A stretch of 64,000 nucleotides of DNA from Calcarisporiella thermophila CBS 279.70. Lineage: Eukaryota; Fungi; Calcarisporiellomycota. Location: assembly GCF_041956535.1 (NCBI RefSeq), contig NW_027192193.1, positions 1,231,192 to 1,295,191 of the forward strand, read 5' to 3'. A model generated the notes under the pieces. It did no database searches. It had not been told where the DNA came from and saw only the letters and a list, made by a program, of their open reading frames with translations. Made by a program: the position numbers and the translations under genes. Below are positions 28,289 to 40,763 of this stretch, in pieces (the stretch's first letter is position 1; the number at the start of each line of letters is the position of its first letter).

Positions 28289-29036
28289 ATGTCTGCTTAA
28301 TTCCATGGAAATTCGCGCCAACATTTTCCTTGCTGCATCTTTACTGTCTGATATTTTTTGAACATTTAATGGATGAAGTTGCCTTGTTTGGTTTAATTTA
28401 ACAATAAAGAAATTCTAATATTAAAAACAGACTCGACACGGCCAACGTGGTCAAGCTAGCGGAAATCCAAGCTTCCATTTTGATCCCCTTACAATGTCCC
28501 CGCGGCCCAGTCGAAATGGAGAATGGCTCCAAACCGGTTGAAAGCAATCACCGGGGTCCATTGGGCTGTTCTGTTCAGCTTGGTGGGATGAGTGGCGGTG
28601 GCCCTTTGGCCTGCTTGACCCTCAAAGGGTGGAACCTGATATCCATGTTTGTCTGCACTTTGTGCCCTAAACTTTGAAGAATCACAGGCATGAAGCCGGT
28701 CTAGAATGCCTCTCTTTATTCTATGCCTATTCAAGGGATCCCGAATAGAGAAGAGAATAAAATGAAATGGACGCAAAAAGGAAAACGCGAAAGCAATTGT
28801 ACAACAACTCGTGGTATGTACAAAATATAGAAAAGTATATATGTAGAACAAGGCAAGTAAGTATTGTGTCAGAAAAGGATATAAAGGAAATTAAATAAAG
28901 AGAAGTCAAGGGGGGGGGGGAGGAGGAGAATAAGAAAACGATTCAGTTCTATAAACAAACAAATTAAATGCCGGGGAATAAAATAAGGTAAGTCAAGTAA
29001 ACTAAGAGAAAAGAAAGGCCCGAGGGGCAGAGGAGG

Positions 29037-30954
29037 CTAAAGGTTGTTGGGAGCTATTTGGCTCATTTCAACGCAGACTCCTTCGACCCCCTGGATTTGT
29101 AGACCCGCAAATGCAAAACAAGGTTGAAGTCCGTCAAAGTAGAATGAATTGGGAGTTAGTGTGGCACTAGTGGGAACGGGGTCGCCGAGGGCCGGAAGTG
29201 TGGTGGCAATAGGGGTGGAGTGGTGCGAAGGGGCGGCGGTGCTGGCGGCAGCGGGGGTGGTGATGGCGGAGGTAACGGGGGCGGCCGTAAGAGGCGGAAT
29301 ACTCCAGTCGGAAGTGACTGGGGAGGTGGTTGCGGTGGTAGGCGGCGTGCTGAGCGAAGGATCCACGGTCGTGGAGGGAAGAGGGGCGTCATTCGACTTG
29401 AAGAACGTTTCCGTCTTAGACTTGCCGTGTTTCTGCCTCGAAGGGAAGTTGTTCGGGGTAGCCATGGCTCCTAGCTCGTTCAACTTCAGGCCCACCCATG
29501 CTCCTTGATTGTTCCCGCTCCACAAGGCTGCATCCAATTCCCATCCCACGGCGGTGGTGCCCGAGGGCATGTACCACACGGGATGCTCGGACACCTGTGA
29601 GCCAGGTGAACCGATGGAGTGAGGCGAGCACGTGCCTCCGACTGCCTCCCTGAAGGAGGCCTCTTGAGCAGCTAGCGCGTATGGAATGGAGGGGCTAGCT
29701 GGTTCGAGCTTGGCTGGGTGGTCATTGGCACCGTGCTCGTCATCGCTCTCCCCGGGATAGCACTGTCGTCCATCCGCTTGCGTCATACGGCGCTTAAATG
29801 GGCGACCGATTTCCGCCAACTCAGGTCTCACTGCGAAATGGTAGTGTGAAGAAGGGTGAGATAGGTCCATGGGAGTTGGAGGGAGAGGAGGGGCAAAGAC
29901 GGATTGGGGCTTACCTTCCGGACACGTTTGGGAAATGATGTTGGCAAGCTTGGCCATATGCTCCTGCTGCATGTGGACCTGCCTTGTGAGGCCATAGATC
30001 TCAGGGAGTAGCCTCTGAGATATCAGGGCACTCATATCTTCCACGTTGCGCTGTAGGCCGTAGGCGAGCTGGGTCAACTCACCGAGTGATTTCCTCTTTA
30101 AATTCCCACCACCACTATCGGCGGCGACGGCGGCATCCTCTTCATCGCCCTCTTCGTCCACGCTGGTAGCGCAGACACTAACTGGTCCACTCACCGCCTC
30201 GTCCAATTCATGGTCTTCGTCTGCTTCTTCCGCCTCTTCCTCAGCCTCCGGTGGCGTCTCCTCTTCACCATCCTCTCCTTCATCCGAGGGGCTTTGCTGC
30301 CGCGACACCGGGGCCGCAGTCTTTCGGCGCTTACGAGAAGTTTTGTTCACACGGCGCCGGATCTGCCGCAGGAGATCGTGTCTTCCTCTCCGGAAGCTGG
30401 GATGTGAGAACACGCATGCGTTTTTGTTCTGAGCGTGACGAGATTTGCGGGCGTCGGAGACGCGGTAGAATCCGTATATCTAAGAGAGAGGGGAGATTAA
30501 GTGCCCAGGGTGAGATAGGCCAACTTAGCGGCCCAGGCAGGCTTGCGCAGAGAGGACTTACATTAAGTTGCCGCACAAAGGATGCGAACTTGCAGTGTTT
30601 GAAGAATTTGGGCAAGACATTGGCCGCGAATGCTATCCATCCATGAGCCGATTAGTCAACAGGTCGAGGTTCGACGGGCGAGGAAGAGGGGGCTTCACTT
30701 ACCATCCATCCGCTCGATGATAAAAACAGTCCCGGTGTCGTCCCACCGCAAGTACTCGGCGTACTCTTCATTTTCCAGCAGCCTACCGGCACATGGGATG
30801 GTTAGCATTCCATGCTCCTCACACCTCATCCAACAGGGATGCATGCTTACTGGTATAGCTTGGCCACGAACACCGACACGGTGTCCAAATCAAAGATGCC
30901 AAAGTCGTGGTCGTAGCGGTCGGAGCGAAGGTGACGCGCAATGACCGTCGTCAT
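29037..30954 (-). CDS. HSF-type DNA-binding transcription factor, multi-exon
   Basis: Spliced VFVAKLY/LLENEEYAEYLRWDDTGTVFII/FAANVLPKFFKHCKFASFVRQLN/IYGFYRV...FSHPSFRRGRHDLLRQIRRR, followed by a coiled coil. Confidence 0.88.
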
Positions 30955-31806
30955 GTTCGAGCTTCTTCAGGGGTGAGATGGGGCGATGCGCAATGGGGGG
31001 GCGGTCAGGCTGGGGCGGGTATTTCCTCATACAAAACGACAAGACTTGGGATGAGGCAAAAGAAAAATTTTTCAATCCTGTTTATGAGCTGAGTAACTAT
31101 TTATATTATATTGTGATAAGTTCCAAACTCCCGGCCCACTCAGTGTGTGTTCCCGGCGAACAGAGCATAAAAATATAGGAAGCTGAAGGAGCTGTATCGA
31201 TGAATCCACATGCGGAACCGTGGCCTTGACAGATTTTCGTGCAGATATGGCGTGATAGGCCAATTGGCCTGAGAGCGGCGGTAGCAAGCGAACACTATGA
31301 AAACACGGATAATGAAGCTTATTTTGGGCCTTCATTTAAACTTTTTTGCACGTGAAAATAAGGGGCTTGCTGAGAAGGGCCGCTTGCGGTTAGGCCGCCT
31401 CCGATTTCCGGGTGACGTCTGCGGTTGGCTGCTGCGCTCTTTCAAGCCCCTCCGGCCCCTCCAGCCGCGGCGCCCGCTGCTAATAGCCTAGGGGGCGCCG
31501 CTCTGCGAATGGCGCCGCCGCGAATGGATTAATCCTAACAAGAGGGGCGGCGCGCGCAAGGGTGGCATTGGCCATTTATAATACGAAATCACAGGCGAAT
31601 GGCAGGCGGGGCCAGCCATTCTGCCTAGGTTTAGCCCCTGTGGTGCAGGCCCAACCTAAAAACGTAAACAAAAACTCCCTCGCCAGGCCCTTGGCCCTAG
31701 CACACCCCTTCAAATGGGAGGCCTGCTTTCACATGTTTGAAGGAGGAGGTTAGGGCGAGCGGTGTACCACGCTGGGTTGATATGTCAAAGCATCCAACTG
31801 TCATAA

Positions 31807-31871
31807 TGCGATATTCGAACTGCGATATGCGATATGCGATATGCGTATCTATTTGCCTGTATCGCATATCG
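31807..31871. repeat. Tandem TGCGATA heptamer array with an inverted copy
   Basis: TGCGATA at 31807, three tandem copies plus one degenerate from 31821, and inverted TATCGCATATCG at 31860-31871. Confidence 0.7.
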
Positions 31872-32430
31872 GCTTTTGCCTATCATCGCTTTCCTTTGTC
31901 CCACCTTCCTTTCCTCTGGTCCAACCTCCGGCCCCGGCCAATCGAGCCCTTGCTCGTCGGCAAGCTGCTTGCTCGGCCGGCTGGCCCCCCCCCTCCCCTT
32001 AACTCCTTCTTAACCCCCAAGCGGCAAGCGCCGCTCTCCAAATTTCCCACACTAGCTCCGGCTGGCCCGCCCTTCCCCAGCCGCCCCTCCGCCGGAGCAA
32101 ACGCCCTAGCCAGGTTTCTAGCTTTCCAACCTTCTCAATTTTTCTCGGCCAGCTTGAAACCAGAAGGTGCCACGAATTGAGGTAAATAAAAAAAGAAAGT
32201 ATATTCCCTAACACGGCCAACCTTAAGGTGTGCCAACTCCCTCGGGGGCAAGGGAAAGATGGGGCTATTTGAGTCAAGCCGCATGGCGAGTCTCATGCGG
32301 CCGCAAAATTCCGCAATCTTTATTTCTCTAGCTGGATTAGCTCTGTACATAAAAAACAAGAAACTATACGCTCCCCGTTTGGAAGGAGGGGCGGCGCAGC
32401 CGGGGCTGCTTGGGCCTCGGAAGGGGACAT

Positions 32431-33086
32431 TCAGGCGCGCTGGGCATGCTTCTCTACAAACTCACGCACGAATTTTACGCCCTGCGCTCCCACAAATTTG
32501 TCCACCGGCTCGCCCTTGTGAAAAGCAATCTACCATGGATGCATGAAATCATAATTAAAGTAGGTTAGAACCACGCGCTTTGTTTAATTGAATTTTTTTC
32601 GTTCACGTCGACGTACCACCGTAGGAAGCGCAGTCACCTGCAGGAATGCCGCAACAAAGTAGAGACGGGCTGGTTAGGTCGGCTCCGAGGAGAGGGCCGC
32701 TTGGGCAGAGGGGAAGAATACGAGAGAGCTTACCTTGTACTTCATGGCGAGATCAGCAGCCTCATCGGTGTCAAGCTTCACCATGGTCACCTTCTTGTTT
32801 GCCTCCACTTCCTTAGCCAGCGCGGGTCCGAGGACTCGGCACGGGCCGCACCAGCTGGACATGGAATGAAGAATGAGGTCAGCTAATCTGGAACTTTCTG
32901 TGGACCTGAACAACCTTATGCTTACTCGGCATGGAAGTCAACAATCACGGGCTCCTTGGCTTTGAGCACCAAATCATCAAACGTTTCGTTGGTGGCCACG
33001 TGCACCTTGCCCGTCAATGCTGCACGGGTGGTGTGGAACAGGGCAACATTACGGGCACCGACGACTATACGCAGACAGTAATGCAT
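32431..33086 (-). CDS. Mitochondrial thioredoxin, 4 exons
   Basis: Presequence-like N-terminus (RNVALFHTTRAAL); VIVDFHAD/WCGPC; VTALPTV/IAFHKGEPVDKFVGA. Confidence 0.9.
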
Positions 33087-33706
33087 GGTTAACGATATTG
33101 GAACTAAAACCTAGGAAAAAGAGGCAAAAGCGGATCCGAAAGATCTTTACCGGAAAGCGTTCGAGACAATAAGCGCAATGACATGTTTATGAATATCTTT
33201 CCTACTAGTGTAAGATGGTACCGAATGATCTAGAGTCGAATGTCGAAAGTGGAAAAGTATCAATAATTGGAAAAATCTCGCGTAATTATGTGACTGCGCT
33301 TTTGTCAAGCAGAGCCCACAAATGCGAAGTAGCTTCGGCACGGTAGGGCCGTGCGAGAAAACGAACATAGGAGGAGTAGATTCGAAGACAAACGAACAAG
33401 AAAGCAGCGAACAGAAGGTGGACTTGGAGAGGGGTGTGGCCCGGTGCATTCCCTCTATCATGAAGGGAAAAGAAATATTCCTCCAATTTTTATTTTTATG
33501 AACGGAGATTTCATATAATTAGATCTCTTGTTAATAAAGACAAGGTGCAAAGAGGGGAAAGCAGAGAAGGACACAATCAGTCTATCATTTCTATTGAAGA
33601 CAGCGGCATCCTCGAGGATGAAGGGGGCGATATCATTACCTAATAGACATGGAGAAGGGGGAGGGGATGGAGGGCACTCAAAAAGGGTAGCTAACAGCCA
33701 CTTTAT

Positions 33707-33979
33707 TCATGCCCTCGCCTTCCGCTTTTCAACCACCAATCGCCCCGCACTGTACTCTTGGCTCAGATGCGTCTGGCGCTGTAGACTCTGCAGCTCCTTT
33801 TCCGCCTCTCGTACCAATGCCTCGATCTTCAAAGGATCGGTCTCGTTCCGATGGGCGCGGAATAGCTCCTTGGTCCGGCGGAGGGCGTGATCTCGGAAAT
33901 TATAAGAAGTAAAGCCGGAGGCAGTCCGAAGAAGATGGCGGTAGAGGTGTAGTATTTGCGTGGAGGTAGGGGGAGGCAT
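33707..33979 (-). CDS. ISD11: LYR-motif protein ISD11/LYRM4 (Fe-S cluster biogenesis)
   Basis: ILHLYRHLLR...FTSYNFRDHALRRTKELFR...LQRQTHLSQEY...LVVE. Confidence 0.88.
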   Translation of the reverse strand: MPPPTSTQILHLYRHLLRTASGFTSYNFRDHALRRTKELFRAHRNETDPLKIEALVREAEKELQSLQRQTHLSQEYSAGRLVVEKRKARA

Positions 33980-34296
33980 CCTCACAAGAAAATACAAAGA
34001 GTGCCTAAAGTAGAGATGAACGGAGCTACGACTATCCTAATATGCTTGTCCAAGAGCCTCAAAATAGTAGAGCTTGACACGGCCAAGATGGAGTGACAAT
34101 ACAAACCAAGGTAATGGGATTCAGCGCAGTGGCAAAAAGTCAACTGCAATAAGGTGTTAAAATAATTCGATCGCTTTCGTTTGGCCGCTTGCGAAAACTT
34201 CGTCGAATCAGTGGCTTGTGAAATGGTGTATCTTCTCTATCCCAGTGGCCTCGAGATTATCCTTTCAACGGGAAACAAAACATCACACCCATCGCC

Positions 34297-34897
34297 ATGG
34301 CAGAACACGTTGCAAGCGAGAATATCCTCAATGAGAAGGTGGGTTTTGCATTCCTTTTCCTTTTCTCCCTCCTTTCTCCTCTTTTTGGTAGCCATTAATG
34401 CTGATGGAATTCATGTTGTGTCTAGTGGGATCGCTGCCTCTCGAATATGTTGGTCACCAGCGGAATCGGACTAAGCGTAGGCATCGTCGCGTCTGCACTG
34501 CTTTTCAAAAGTAATTTTCATCCCTTTCCAAACGGCTCCATTCCCCCTTCATGCTCTCTCCATCTTATTCTTAAATTTGTTATGATTTTTACAAACATTT
34601 CTCAGAATTTTATTCATTAACCCCCCCCCCCCTACTCTCTCCCTCTCCCCTTCTCTGATCCCAATTAATGGAGAATTGCACTATTAGGAAAAACCTGGCC
34701 GATTGCCCTCTCCACTGGTTTTGGCGTTGGTTCTGCATACGCTGACTGCCAGGTAGGGTCCATTTCTAGAATTCTTTTCCCTCCCCTACTTCTGGGTCTT
34801 ATCTCAATTCTCATGCCTCTAGCGTCGCTTCAATCCGTACCTTGTCCCCGGTGTGAAGGTCGTCAAGAGCCCACCCCAGGGAGGCTCGGCTCAGTGA
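34297..34897 (+). CDS. MIC10: MICOS subunit Mic10, 4 exons (not in ORF track)
   Basis: Spliced MAEHVASENILNEK/WDRCLSNMLVTSGIGLSVGIVASALLFK/RKTWPIALSTGFGVGSAYADCQ/RRFNP, with GxGxGxG-type TM motifs. Confidence 0.9.
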
Positions 34898-35139
34898 TCT
34901 CCCTTGCTTTCAATAAAAGCATGGCTTTCTTGTGTATAGAGAATTTTAATAGAATAGCTGCTCTTTTCTTCTTTTTCTTCTCTCAAGCTGTCGATTTTCA
35001 ACAAGCAAAATCCACTCCCAAACAGTGGAGACACTTCCGCATGGCCAGTTCGGAGAAAAGCTAATGGTTACATTGACGCAAATAAAAGAGAAAAAAAAAT
35101 TAAAAAAACATAAAATAAAATAAAATATTGCATCCTATG

Positions 35140-38100
35140 TCACAAAATCGCCTCGTTTCCCTCCTCACTCTCCTCCCCCTCTTCATCCGACAGCTCGGCA
35201 TAGCTCTTGTGAAACAGCTTGGCCACCCGTGATGCGTTTTTTCTAACCGATTCGGACGGAGCATGCGATCTCTGGCGCTTAGTCGCCCGTGGAGAATACG
35301 TCTTTGAGCGTTTCTTGGAGGGGGTGGTGGGTGGAGCGGGAGCAGCGGTATATCTGGACATCTAAATGAGAGCATGAATTAGATTGGAGCGCTCAAGACA
35401 TAAGATAAGTGAGGAGTGTTACCCGCTCGCCTTTGGCCTTATCACCCAGTGTCGGATAGATGTCCACCCCGCTGGGGAGGAAGGTCGTCTCTACCAGCTA
35501 ATGCAAAGAGGAAAGAAAATGTGAATACTAGACCGTGATCCCAGCCCTGCGGGGGATTATTTTTATACGATTGGATATGTAAAAGAGCATCCTCCATACC
35601 TTTCTCACGCGCTCTTCGTCTTGGATGGGAACAAAGAAGTCTTTCGGGAGCTCAATATGGCCAATGTACGAGGTCAAGCTCCATGAGTTCAAGCGACACC
35701 GATGCTTGATGATAATTTGCGCAAGCTCGCTCAGTGCATAGACATTCTAAACAGAAAGAGGTATTAATTCATTTAAGGTTGAGAAGCTTTTTGAAGAGGG
35801 GCAAATGGACGTCAGCGTCTTCTCCTTTCTTCCTTCCTTCTCCCGCCCTCCGTCCCCCTCTCTTCCTCTCTCCATTCATTTTACCTTGCTCCCTTCAATC
35901 CCTTCACCCCCTCTGATATCGCGAGTCGTTTTGATTCTTGCGGCTATTTCAAACAGACAGGAGACGTTGTCGCCGTTGGCGAAGCAGTCGAGATAGAACT
36001 CGATACACTTTGCGAACTGGTGGAGCACGTCCTCGGTTGTGGAAAAGTCGGGGTGGTGGGCCAACAGGTGCAGGGTCCGTGCAAGCGTGATCTCGTAGGG
36101 CAGGTGACTAGTGGTGGATTCATGGGAGGCGTGGGTTTTGGATTCTCGCTGCAGAAACTTCTTGACCTATGGGGATGGAAAATAGAGACCAGTCTTAGCG
36201 GGCCGAATCGGGCCAGAGTAAAGCGTTAGCCTACGTGTTCTCTGAGCTCCTTGTCGGGGTCTACGGCAATCAAGGGCAAAATGGCCATCCATCTTGTGCG
36301 CAATAATCTGGCCCCTAGATACTTGATCAGCCGGTTTACGAAGCTTGAGCGCACCTCGTGCCGCACATCGTGGATGGTCAGGGCCAAGAGCTCGAATTGC
36401 TCAACGTTGATCATCCGGTCGTATAATCCCACCCGGGCCAATTTCAGCAGCGACCGCGCTGCTCTGAGCCGCAGGTGCGCACGATGTAGCGGAGGCGTGC
36501 TACCCTGCGACCCACTCTTCGGCACCAATTCCCCTTGCTTATTGACTAGCTGCCAGAGCCACTCCATCATCCGCCTTGCCACTTTGGGCGCTGCCTTTGA
36601 GCCGCTATAAGCAAGACACAAATTGACGAGGATCTTGAGAGCGAGGCACTTGGCCAGCCCAATGGGATCAAGTTCGGCCTCGCTCACCCACGTAAAGTCG
36701 TCCTCATCTCCCTCTCCATTCTCCTTCTCCCCCTCCCCCCTGGCCTCTCCGTTGGGTGGACCCGTGTCTTCGGCTGACCCCTTTGTCAAGGGTGGATTCG
36801 ATGGCCGCAGCAGATGGTGGACCAGGAATTCGAGAACCTGCTCGTTGCGCTTCTCGTAAACTTCAGGGGCGTGGAGTACAAGCTGTGCGATCACGGTCAA
36901 GTGGACAAGCATATGCTCTGATTCGAGCGAGAGTTTCGGGACAATTTCCTGTGAGTGGAATGCAATAGAAGTTAGGCGATCAGACCGTAAATCAATTCGG
37001 CTTATTGTTTTCTTTGGCTGCTTGGCACTTACGTCCAAAAGATTATTGCAGACGGACTCTTTGTCCGGCAAATTGGCCAATATGACGGCTGCGTGTTTTG
37101 CATGCTCCGGAGGCCCATCCAAGGCTATCTCGACTAACCGCGAGCGCGACGCTTCGTCTTGCGGGGTTTCGTGGGGGAATGCCTTGACGAAATGAGACAT
37201 GGCCTCGAGACTTCCTAGCAGGACCTCGTTCTTTTCTTCCCGCAAAAGTTTGACGAGTTCCTCCTTATGGCTCCGGTAAACTTCGGGGAACACTAAAGAT
37301 ATGTCCTAGAGAAACGAAATGCAAACGTGTGAGGGGCTTTTTGTGGCGTGCTCATACCAATGGGGGGGACCCAACACGAACCTTCAAGAGCTCATGGGCC
37401 ACCTCGGCCAGCTTTTCTCGTCTGGTCTCCTCCTCTGATACTCGCTCGCCTTCGCTAAACGCCGTCCTCCTTGTCACCTTGACCAAGCAGGGAATAATGC
37501 TTTTGTTGATGGTAAGATAGCTGGCACGCCTCAGGAGAACACCCACGGTATCGGAGATGGAGGGCTCGTGCTCCTCGACACTCCGCAATACCTCTTTCTG
37601 CGAAGAGGTCAAAAAAGATCAGTCTCCTATCTCCCCTGCAAACCATATTGCATCCATCTACACTTACTCCAGCCTTGCGAACGGTCCTATAATCCGCCTC
37701 GGGATTCATGCATTCTCGCATCAACCGAAACACGCGTTTGTCTTTGAACGCGGAGAGTTTGGCCAAGTGGCTAGCCGCCTTGAGGCGATCCGGGAGTTTA
37801 TCTGTGGTTCGTTGGAGCCAAAGAATGGGGATGCCATTTGCTTAGGGCAGGTGTTAGAATTCCAGTGTGTATTGACCTACCGGAAATATGCTTGATGACT
37901 AAATCTAACATGTGCTCCAGCTTCTCTTCCTTTTCGACCATTCGCAGTTGCTCGCTCGTCTGAATAAGCGCCTTCACTTCTTTAATAGCACTACGAGCAC
38001 CGGTATTGGAATAGGAAACAAAGTCAGTAGATGACGCGAGAGTCTACCATCGGCACATGAGAACTTACACCCTTTGCTTGTTTAACAGTCCGGTGAATCC

Positions 38101-40281
38101 TTTGCGCGACTTCGGATCGAGAAGAGAGAGCCCCACCAGCAACCGCTCAGTGCGCATATCGTCGTTGTTGTCGAGAGGGAAGACGCTCTCCTGCAACGAC
38201 TTTTCCAAGCATGCACTAACCTCCAAAATTATCAGTAGCTCTACAAGGATTTCCAGATAAAACTACGTACATTGCTTCCGCGTCATTAGTGTACACAACA
38301 TCCATCAGTGCAGACAGTATCCAGTCGAACTTTTTCATCACCGACCGGTTACCTGCAGCTCTATCATAGGGTCAAGCAAGAGGGGAGAGCGGGGGCAAGG
38401 ATAAATTCAATATGATCGATGAAAAGCATTGGAGAAGCAAACTCACAATTCAGTATAGGCCAAATTATAAAGTCGCCCACATGCTTTGATGGCTTCTTGT
38501 TGTACAGGATGCTATATTGGATCCGCCAACCGAGAATTCGTAAGCAAGTTACAGGTCAAGTGAAATGTGTAAAACATAAGTAGCGAGGGAGATTTACCCG
38601 TCTGTCTTTACATCTTTTTCCTACCGCTTGGAGCAGCAGCTCATCCACATTTTGCAATACCACCATATACTCGAGCTGCCCCACCAGCTTGCACACGGTA
38701 GCTCGGATTTTTTCGTCAGGATCGAGCACTTTATCAAGTAAAGCATCTAAAGTTGACACATCCAACGTCAATAAGAAGTCCGTTGAGAGAAAAAACCCAA
38801 TGGCGAATTGGGTGGGCACCCCTACCACATATATCTTTGGAGAGATTCGGATGGTTTTTCAAAATCGGTATGCAAAGCTCACACCATAGCTGTCGTATGG
38901 CCGAATTCTTATCTTGTTTTCTAAACGTAAAGAAAAGATGAAGGGGAACGTCGCTTTGAGGGAGAAAAAAAAAAGCACCCCTAACCTCTGCAGCCAGGTT
39001 TTCCAGGTGGTTGGATAGTTGAAGGCAAGCATAGAGCCCGGTTCGCCAAACATTCCCCCAAGGACCCGAGTTGAAAGGCCGCGCAGATTCATGTCGTCGA
39101 CGCGCATTTCTTCCTCCAGCTGCGGGATTACATTGAGGAGCAATCCGGGGGCAACCCGATTTAGCTCGAGGATGAGATCGTGTGCCACTCGAAACTCTCG
39201 CAGATCATCTTCACTGATTTCGCCGTCGATAGCATTTAGAATGACTTCGGAAAAATACTATACGTAGGACGGGAAAAATGCGTTAATGGATGCAGTAAGT
39301 GGATAGCCCGCAGCTAAGACGACTTGCCTGCCCTATATATCGCTGTAATCGATCGGTGCATGCCCTACATAGCCCTGCCGCCAACTGATAGGCAACCGGG
39401 TTTTCTTGCTAAGATCCAACCAAATGGGTTCAGCGTCTACCACCCCCATCCCGAACTGTTCCACACCCAGGCTTACCTGTCGTTTTTTCAAGAACTGTGC
39501 TAGAATAATGACCACTGCGTCTTGAGGTAGAGGGGCGCACTCCTCTATCAAAAGCTCTAGAATATCGGACATGTACTTCCTGACTTCCTCAGGTAGTTGT
39601 GGGCTAAAGAGAAAAGCTCGGTCAGAGGGCATACTTCACCTCCATGAACATTCGACTTGCCTCATGATATCGAAAAAATCTCGGAAGACTTCCACGATCA
39701 TTTGATCGGCGTCGTCCAGATCGGCAATGAGGACAACGCTTTTCACTGTCGATAAACTCTCGAGCAAGTAAAGCTGATTCTCGTAGTTGGGATTCGAAGG
39801 ATTACGAATGTCGCGTAGAATTTCGAAGAAAAACTCGAAAATACGCTATAAGGGGAGGGGGGGGGATAGAAGAGTTGAGCTGCAACAGGGCATAAGCCGG
39901 AAAGAGATCCATCCTTAATCAACCTTGAGGGTCGTTTCTTTGTACGGGGCCTCAGGGGCATATAACCGAAGCAAATCCGCGAGCGAGCACGCCACAAGGG
40001 ACCGCACTCGCTTGTCCTTGTGCGAGATCAGCGATCGATGCACGAGATCATTTGTGATGCGTTTCAGGGATCCTATGTTTATCTCTCCCTGCTCTATGCT
40101 GGAGAGCTCCTCGTTCAATCGCTACCATTAAGGCCAAGAATTAATTAAAGCCCAAGTTTGAGAGTGAAACGTTAGGGGAATTTACTTTCAGGCGCGAAAT
40201 AAGCTCCGTGGTGGAGATAGAGCTCGACGAGACCAGTGGCAAGCTAAACTTGAGCTTTTTCAATGATCCCGACCGACTCAT
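35140..40281 (-). CDS. PDS5: Sister chromatid cohesion protein Pds5, many exons
   Basis: HKDKRVRSLVACSLADLLRLYAPEAPY, LLLNVIPQLEEE, LDPDEKIRATVC, HLRLRAARSLLKLA, LHLLAHHPDF. Confidence 0.92.
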
Positions 40282-40763
40282 GGTTGCTTTTGCTGACAAT
40301 GACCCGCCTAAATGGGTTAAAGGGAGGGGGGTGGGGTGGGGAGGAGTGGAAACGCGATTTTTTTTTCAAAGTCGCGTTGAAACACGAATGAGCTGTGCCT
40401 CATCACCATCATTTAACATAAAAAGAGCCGAGGGTGTCGCAGTGAAATAGCGAAGGATTCTATAGTGAAGTCAAATAGGGGGAACCCCCCGTTGAAACAT
40501 GATTTGTCAAAGTGGCGGATACAGTCCACCTTCCTACTACATAACAACTTCAATAATAGCCATTTCCTCGGTCTGGCAATACAAAAAAGATCAAGGAAAA
40601 TACAACATTGAAAAAAACACAACCAATATATATATATATCGTGAATAGAATGGGAGGTGAAAAGTGGGAATAGCCTTCAAGCTCCATACATAATACCATA
40701 CCGCGAAAATAAGGATAAACAACAATGATACTTCATAACATTAAGTGTCTTCTAGTAGCACGT

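Noticed and set aside
32431-33086. Selenoprotein (some early-diverging fungi use Sec)
   Set aside because: Active site is a normal WCGPC with no in-frame TGA.
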